From the human T2T-CHM13v2.0 reference genome, Homo sapiens: 64,000 nucleotides of DNA. The notes beneath the pieces were generated by a model. The model was not told the DNA's origin and searched no databases. It was given only the letters and a program-made list of their open reading frames with translations. The DNA is taken from NCBI RefSeq assembly GCF_009914755.1, contig NC_060929.1. The stretch is one strand, 5' to 3'. Below, one piece after another: positions 56,528 to 64,000 of this stretch. Numbering within the stretch: position 1 is the first letter of the stretch; each line of letters starts with the position of its first letter. The translations under genes and the position numbers were made by a program.

Positions 56528-56801
56528 CTACACATAAGGAAAACACAAAGCACTTAACCAGGAAGGCTAAGTAACGTCTAAGCTTCATTTAATGAAATAT
56601 ACAGTTAAGCCTCTTTCACAAGAGAGAATTAAAGTTGTTTGTTGCACAGCTAATAATGACTCATGAGGGAAAAAAATAAATTTAATTAAATCAGCGATAA
56701 CACTTTTGGATATTTTGAAGAGTAAACATAAGAACTATTCTTTGTCTAATTTTTCCCTCATTTTATATTATATTTTCTTTTTTGGAGTGGTAGAAACTGT
56801 G

Positions 56802-57015
56802 TTTTTATTGTGATATAAATAACATACAACTGACCATTTAAATCATTTTTAAGTATACAGTTCTGTGGCAATAAGTACAATCATATTGTTATGTAACCAT
56901 CACGACGATCCATCTCCAGAGCTTGTTTCATCATCCCAAACTAAAATTTGCACACATTAAACATCAACTGGCCATTTGCCTCTCTCCATCCCCTGGAAAC
57001 TACTGTTTTACTTCC
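56802..57015 (-). mobile_element. L1MB 3' end fragment
   Basis: ccatttaaatcatttttaagtatacagttctgtggcaataagtaca...catctccagagcttgtttcatcatcccaaac. Confidence 0.85.
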
Positions 57016-57283
57016 TTCTAATGCAGCAATCTTATTTTGTATACCCAGCTTACATACATGAACACACACACAGAGGCACACACATTCCTACATAGATGGA
57101 TAAATCTATTGTCTACTTGCGTCTCTGCTTTAATTTTCTATAAGCAATTCAAACACAACATATTCTAATGAACCATATTATCCATGTTGTTTACCATTTA
57201 TATGTATCCCTGTCTAGGAAAAGTGCATTGACACCTAATTAGGTGTCAAACCATTGTTCTTGGTGTCTTCTGAGCTTTACACA

Positions 57284-57693
57284 TATAGGCAGAATCTTTC
57301 TCCCTCCCCAATTAATATGTTGAAACTGTAACTTCTAGTATCTCAGAATATGACTGTTTTTGAAGGAAGGACCTTTGAAGTTGTGACTAAGTTAAAACGG
57401 ACATTTAGGGTGTGGCCAAATCCTATCTGAATGGTGTCCTTATATGAAGAGGAACTTTGTACGCTAAAAGTGATGTTAGGATTGTGCATGTATACAGAGA
57501 AAAGGTCACTTGAGCACATAGCATGAATGTGGCTATCTGCAAGCCAAAGAGAGAGGCCTAAGAAGACACCAAACCAGTTGACAGCTTGATCTTGAATTTT
57601 CAGCCTCCAGGACTGTGTGAGACAATAAACTTCTGTTATTTAAGCCATATAGTCCATGGTATTTTGTTATGGCAGCCCTAACAATCTAATACA
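57284..57693 (+). mobile_element. MLT1B-like solo LTR
   Basis: atatgttgaa...tctgcaagccaaagagagaggcct...cagcctccaggactgtg...ttgttatggcagccctaacaatctaataca. Confidence 0.88.
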
Positions 57694-58039
57694 GTAGATT
57701 ACTTTTATCCCTAATAATCAGCAAGTAAAGCTATTTCCTCATGCCTTTCAAAGTCATATCTTTCTGCGAAGATGCCACAGTAACCACACTATTATAGGAT
57801 TACCTCACTGGACATCTGAAAAACAGGTGCCATTTATTAGCTTTCTTGCCTCTAGTATCAACCACCATTTGTCACATTGCTCCAAGAGTTATCTTTTGAT
57901 GGTACATGTTTGCTCATTTTTGTCTAATCAGAATATTTCAAAGATTCTTTGTCTACTGTGAAAACTAAGTAATTTAGCATAACAGGAGAGCCTCTCATAG
58001 TTATTATAGTTAGTCAGGAGGCACATCTAACTTTGAACT

Positions 58040-58215
58040 TGTTTCAAATATAATCATCTGATTACACCAATTATACCAATCATCTGAGACACATATTAAA
58101 AACAGAATTCCCATGTCTCATCCCTGGAGATTCAGCTTCATTAAATCTGAGTTGTGTATTGGGAATCTGTATTATTAGCAAACTTCCCAGTTGATTTATA
58201 TTATCCGTCAACTTT
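58040..58215. mobile_element. MER5A-like hAT MITE
   Basis: aatcatctgag...ttaaaaacagaattccc...gggaatctgtattattagcaaacttcccagttgat. Confidence 0.55.
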
Positions 58216-59313
58216 ATAAGCCATAAAGTATAATATATTCTTGTAGTACATTTCCAAAATATGTTACTTCGCTGAGAATTATGTAACTTTACATTTCCTA
58301 AATCAAATTGGTCCTTATTGAGGAATGAAATATTTTCTTTTTTTTAAAGCAAAGATAACTTAATACACTTACCTAGATATAACATAAATATCATTAATAA
58401 GACAAAAGCAAACTACATTAAAGTTGCTAGATGTTAGAGTTGATGTGTAAATGACCCATTAAATTTGATGTGAAGGGCTGTGGTCAGTAAAGATGATCAG
58501 TTACCACAGGCACTGCATAGAAGTAAAAGTAAAAAGAGAATGGGGACTGCTCTAGACTCTATTACAATAGCAAAACAGTCTTAAAGATTAAAATATATCA
58601 AAAGCTCTTAAATGTAAGTAGTGTTTTCTCCAGTTAAAATTGAAATATGGCTGAAGAAAATGAATGTGTGTGTGCCCGTGTGTGTATGCCTTGCGTTAAC
58701 ATCAAACTTAGATGTTTTTCTAATTCTATAAAATCAAATGACATTCAAAATACAAACTATGTTCTGAGTAGGTATTTTCCAAGATTATAAATTGGTGAAA
58801 CTAGTTTTAAATCTATTGCTGAATAATAAACTCATATTTATGAGACTGCTTATTTTATCTTATCTTTAAAAATTTAATAAAAAGAGGATAATATAGTGAA
58901 AGTTTCTCTACTAAATACTCTTCTTTCAGAAGGGAATAATGGTTGCATTTTATCTCCTTATATGAAACCTTGAAAAGTTATCCTCACACCTTAAATGTTA
59001 GAAAAGTATCAGAAAATACAACGATTATATTAATTTCTTAAAAAGTCACAGAAATCCAATTTGTTATTTAAGAAAATTAAACTGGAATGCACATCCTCAA
59101 ACTACAATAAATAATAAGATACAAAAATTGTGCAAGTACAAATGGGTGTAATAATGAACATAATATTAAAGCACTGGCAGCTCTAAAACATTAAAGGTCA
59201 TTATGAAAATGTATATAACAGTGAAAAGATAAGTGAATAAAATGTGTTTGTACAATTATTATGTTTTTAATGTTATTTTTAAAAACTGTTGATCAAGTTA
59301 ATTAAAATTCTAA

Positions 59314-59660
59314 GTCATTTAGTTTGTCTTTTGCTGTTACAACAGAATGCTAGAGTGTATAGTTTATAATGAACAGAAATGTATTGGCTCACATTTCTGG
59401 AGGGTGGGAAGTGCAAGATCAAGGGGCTGGCATCTCATGAGGACAGGTTTGTTCTGTAATGACATGACAGAAGGGAAAATAGAGGGCTAGAGAGAGCAAT
59501 AGGGAGCTAATCTCACCCTCTTATATTGGCAGCAACCCACCATGAGGATGTATCCCTCAGGGCCTAATCACCTTTTAAAAGTCCCACCTCATAATACTGC
59601 TATGATGACAATTAAATTTCAACATGAGTTCTGGAAGAGACAAACATTCAAACAGTTGCA
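59314..59660 (-). mobile_element. MSTC/MSTD-like MaLR solo LTR
   Basis: tttataatgaacagaaatgtattggctcac...gcctaatcaccttttaaaagtcccacctc...aattaaatttcaacatgagtt. Confidence 0.8.
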
Positions 59661-59841
59661 GTTGCGCATATTGAAATGTCTGTACAACTGGAAAACAGGT
59701 TGTGAATATGGAATTCAAAGTTCTTGTTTAATATTTCCCTTTATTACATACATCTGGAGGCATATATTCTTAATATTTTAATTCTGGAATTGTTCAAAGT
59801 CACTTGAAGGGCTCATAAAAATGTAGATGCTCAAGTTGTAT

Positions 59842-60508
59842 TGTTAGGTAGTGAGAGAGACATTAGCAGCTGGAGGGGCTAGCAGAAGAGAGCAGAAAGG
59901 CTGTCACTAAGACAGCCCCTGGCCCATCCAAGTTCAGCCCCAGAACTGCCCTAACTCTGCCCTTACTGATGGAGTTTGTGTTAAGGTCTGTGGCCAGCAC
60001 ATCCTGTAGAAGGAGAAACAAAGGTACAGATGGACATTCCCTAGTTGGCCAGTGCCCAGTAACCTGAAACTGAATCTTCAAGTTGACCCTAAGCTCATCA
60101 TACCCTCATTATAATAAGCTTTACACATAGTTTTGCTCCCTGAGTGGGCTTTTCTTAACGAATTATGTGTAAAAACATGCGCAGTTTAACTTTAGTTATA
60201 TAACTGCCAATCAAATAACATCAAACTGTCACTCAGACACAGCCCGAATCTTAATTTCTCCCGACAAATCCCATAAAAGCACTTTGAGCTCCGTAAATTG
60301 GTGCTGATTTCACTTCGCAGAAATCAACCCGTTCTTCCTCTGAGAGTGTATTACTGTGCTTCAACAAACTTCGCTTTGAACTTACACTTTGGTGTTCATC
60401 GGCAGTTCTTTGCTCACTGTCACAAGAACAGAGATTGCTGTTCCAGAGCTCCAGCTCTGTTGATCTCCTTGATTAAAGAATCCATTAAACGCAGAATTCC
60501 CGGTAACA
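59842..60508 (+). mobile_element. ERV1 (MER4-group) solo LTR, family not resolved
   Basis: TG...CA ends (tgttaggtag...cggtaaca), perfect 4-bp TSD gtat, CCAAT near 60207, ataaaa TATA-like box near 60273. Confidence 0.85.
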
Positions 60509-61399
60509 GTATGACTACAATTAATTAAATACAAATTTATATCTAAGTTTTCTTTAAAGAGATTCCTCACTAATTGTGAAGAACGATATTTTAAATGTTG
60601 CTTTTTTTGTACATATTACCTGCCATTTAGTGTCCATTAACCAATAATATATCTAAATGAATCTGGTATAGCAAAATAAATAACTCTCCTAATAGCAATT
60701 GAGTTGAGAGATTTTTACCACCTGCAGTAGCTAAATTTTATAAAATAGGCATTTTAAAAAATCTAGTATATTTAATATTTGTTTATTTTTTTAAAAATAA
60801 ACTATTACCGTATCCTGGTAAGATGTACGTAAAGTGTCAACACAGTTGATTACTGGATGGTTTATTCTTAGAACTCTGTCCTTTTTCTAGAAAAATTTCT
60901 CATTTGAATATGATATGCAATGGGTCTCATTATTATTATGAGTATTCAAGTTTCACTCTAAGACAACAGAGTAAATTACATGTAACTATCATAAATTCGA
61001 TCTTTTTAGAATTTGTGGTTATTAATAACACAACAAATCATTATTATCAGTTTGATTGCAGGTATCCAAAGCTCCCCTCTAATGGTTAAAAATATCCTTT
61101 GGTGTTTTAAACTTAAAGGCCCAGTAATCAAATAAACTATCATGGCAACTAAATAAATAAGTAAATAAAGGCCCAGGAATAAATCCTCAGTTACAGCTAG
61201 ATATAGGAAACATTACCTGGGAGTTTCCATTCTTGGCTCTACCTTAGTTCTGTTTACTTTCTTTATTATCAGGAGGCCAAGTTAACCATTCATAACTCCA
61301 TCCTTCTATCTTACCTTCCCATTATAGTACCACATTCCATTGTAATACTACATTGTATGATACTAACTCTCAATATAAAACAACAACAAAATACAACTT

Positions 61400-61620
61400 A
61401 ACTTTATGTGTTCTTATTGGCCCAGCTTTGATCACATGATAATTTCTGAACTTATCATTGTAGCTGAATGGATACATGCCATAATTGGCCAAGGATGAGG
61501 CTTATATTCAAACTGCAGCAAGGATTGAAGTTATCTCTGTGTGAACGTGGATTGAGATCAAGGTGTTAGTGTAGAAAAATGCAGCCAATCTTTCTCACAG
61601 CAGAGGGAAAGATCCTAAGC
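61400..61620 (-). mobile_element. Old MLT1 (K/L-like) fragment
   Basis: tcttattggcccagctttgatcacatg...tctgaacttatcattgtagctg...aattggccaagg. Confidence 0.45.
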
Positions 61621-62724
61621 AAACATACAAACAAATAAACCTCCACTTGACGTATTTAGTTTAAAGTATTATATATATACATATATATGTGTGTATATAA
61701 ATATATACAGTATATACTTGTAAACACAGCCTGCAGTAAGATTTTTCCCCCCAAAATACATTATTTACTGAAGTTAGTTACTGAAATATTGAGAAAGTTT
61801 TCAATAAAAAAGGCAGATTCTAGCAAAGTTATATGTTCATGACTGACTTAGAAATTTAAAACAATTCTAATAAGCAGGCTTGAACATTGTAATATGCCAC
61901 AAAAACATGAGAAGTGAATTTTTGTGAACTGCCCCTTGGGTATATTCCCCAATGTGTTCTCTGTGATTCCTTTCAGAATCTATATGCCTTCCAAGGATAT
62001 TAAATGATTTCATCATAGGTTATTACCTAATGCCAACTCTTCAGTCTTCACAATTGATGAACAGCGGTCAGATAAAGTTTGTGTTTCTGAAGAGTAAGGG
62101 TGTATATTATTAAGGTTTGTTTAGTATAGTCACTTTGGGTTAACACGATTTTCCAAGATGGTCTATAAATCAAGACAGGTCAGCACATATGAAGCAATCA
62201 AAATGCGCAGTTCCTGTTTGTCTCAAACTGCTAGTCCGTGGAGTGGTAACTTTTATTTGTACCAACAGTGTCTGGGGAACGATGATTCTGGCCCGTGAAT
62301 CTGTATTCCCTTACCGATCTATTTATCTAGAAGATAAATGTATTTATTTCAAAATGGGTGCCTATTGCCCATGCACAACAATCTATTCCATCCATGCTGT
62401 TATGAAAGGAGGAAATTCTCATGCCCTGCCTGCCACTGCCCCACTTCTGTGATAAGGATATGATAGGAAGAGTGTAGTGAGCAATAAGGAAAGATACAAG
62501 AGAGACCATATCTTCCTAGATTGTAGCTTGGGCCAAAGGACATCACCCTCCCTTCTGTGATCCAGCACCCTCCATCAGGTCTCTCCTCTTCACCACTGTG
62601 AAGGGCTAAGTTCTCTAACAGGATTTCTGGGATCACATTCTCTTCTATACAGAGACAACAAGTCACCAAAATGCCAATGTTGCAACATCAGTTGAATTGG
62701 GTATGACTCTGAAGCCTACTCTAC

Positions 62725-63094
62725 TGCTATAGACTAAATATTTGCGTCCCTCCAAAATTTTTGTGTTGAAATCACAAACCCCCATGTGCTAGTATAAGGA
62801 GATGAGATATTTGGTAGGTGATTAGATCAGAAGGGGGAAGCCCTCATGAACAAGATTAGTTTACTTATTAAAAAAGATACCAAAGAGAGCTCTGTCACCC
62901 TTTCCACTATGTGAGGGCACAAAGAGAAGGCGACTGCCTATGAACCAGGAAGCCTGCCCTCACTAGATCTCAACTCTGCCGGTAACTTAATCTTGAAGTT
63001 CCCAGCCTCTGGAACTATAAGAAACAAATTTCTGTTACTTATAAGCTTCCTAGTGTGTGTTAATTTGTTCTAGCCTCCTGAATAAACTAGGACA
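62725..63094 (+). mobile_element. MLT1A0 solo LTR
   Basis: tgctatagactaaatatttgcgtccctccaaaatt...aaactaggaca. Perfect 5-bp TSD tctac. Confidence 0.9.
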
Positions 63095-63359
63095 TCTACA
63101 AAAATGAATGTTGCTCAGAAAACCACATTTTCTTTTTAAGCTTCAGTTTCCATGTGGGTACCACAGAAAATAACCATGGTAATTTTTGCAAAAGATTGTT
63201 TGCAAAATGAATGATCAAATATATACATGCCCTTCAAAAATTTCCTGCATGCAGTAGGTACTCTAAGCTAGGACATTTCTGTGATGTGTAATTTATTGAA
63301 TCATTGTCAATTCTTCAGTCTGCTTTAGTTAAACTACACCTTCATATTCTTAACGTGGT

Positions 63360-63760
63360 CTATGGCATGTGAAGTATATATCCACACCTCTTTGCACGTG
63401 GGCTTGAACATGTGACTTATTTTGGCCAACAGGATATCAGCTGGCATGAAATAAGCATACAGTTGAAATATATTTGCAAAGTTGGACTTGCTGTATTATA
63501 TTTCAGCAACCTACCATGAGACGAACATGTCTCACCCTTGTCCTCAGAGTAAGATAATATAAAGCTGGTCATACAGCCCAGGTAGCTGCTGGTCCAAAAA
63601 GCAGACTGCAATCAAACTTGCAGCTTGAAACCTAGAAACTGAAGGCCAAAGACCAGAGGTTGGAGACAAGCCTAACATAGTGGATTTGAAGCCAACCTGC
63701 AGACTATTGAGTGATTTTAAGCCACTGAATTTAGGCCTCTAAATTTTGCCACATCTCTTA
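63360..63760 (+). mobile_element. MLT1H-like LTR
   Basis: gggcttgaacatgtgacttattttggccaacagg...caggtagctgctggtcc...ttttaagccactga. Confidence 0.65.
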
Positions 63761-63776
63761 TGGTTGAAATATAATT

Positions 63777-63841
63777 TCTCTCTCTCTTTATCTCTCTCTC
63801 TCTCACTCCTTCCCTTCCTCTCTCTCTCTTTCCTTCTCCCA
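63777..63841. repeat. CT-rich simple repeat
   Basis: Directly visible. Confidence 0.9.
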
Positions 63842-64000
63842 CTACTTTTATCTAATGCTTAGTTTAGCTCTTTAGTCTTTACTTGATATAACTTATCAAT
63901 AAACATGCAAGTAATTATATTGTCTGAAAAGATTAGTTGCAAAGCATGCTAATTTAAATTTTAGGAAAATCATTTTGAAAAACAATAATTCAAATAATTT

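Overview
This is AT-rich, CpG-poor primate genomic DNA (most likely human or another ape, given AluY, L1PA4, LTR12/ERV9 and THE1 elements). It looks like a gene desert or the interior of a very large intron. I see no convincing protein-coding exon, RNA gene or CpG-island promoter. Nearly all ORF-track entries are translations of Alu, L1, MaLR or LTR sequence, or of microsatellites. The window is mostly fossil mobile elements: about 14 Alu-family copies (including a FAM), two 5'-inverted (twin-primed) L1s, older L1M/L2/MIR fragments, a near-complete MST MaLR provirus, many solo LTRs (THE1, MLT1, MER61, LTR12, MER4A, MER48-like), a decayed ERVL pro-pol segment and DNA transposons (Tigger4a, MER2, MER1A, MER5A). 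The most unusual structure is at 53.9-56.0 kb. There, MER1A contains a MER4A LTR, which in turn contains a MER48-like LTR and a composite Alu insertion (AluY + about 275 bp of foreign sequence + a second Alu 3' end) inside a single 13-bp target-site duplication (TSD). Two exact inverted repeats (53849-53885 and 57228-57249) also stand out. I cannot support a claim of a new biological system. Subfamily names are from recall of consensus sequences, not a database search, and boundaries of old repeats are approximate.
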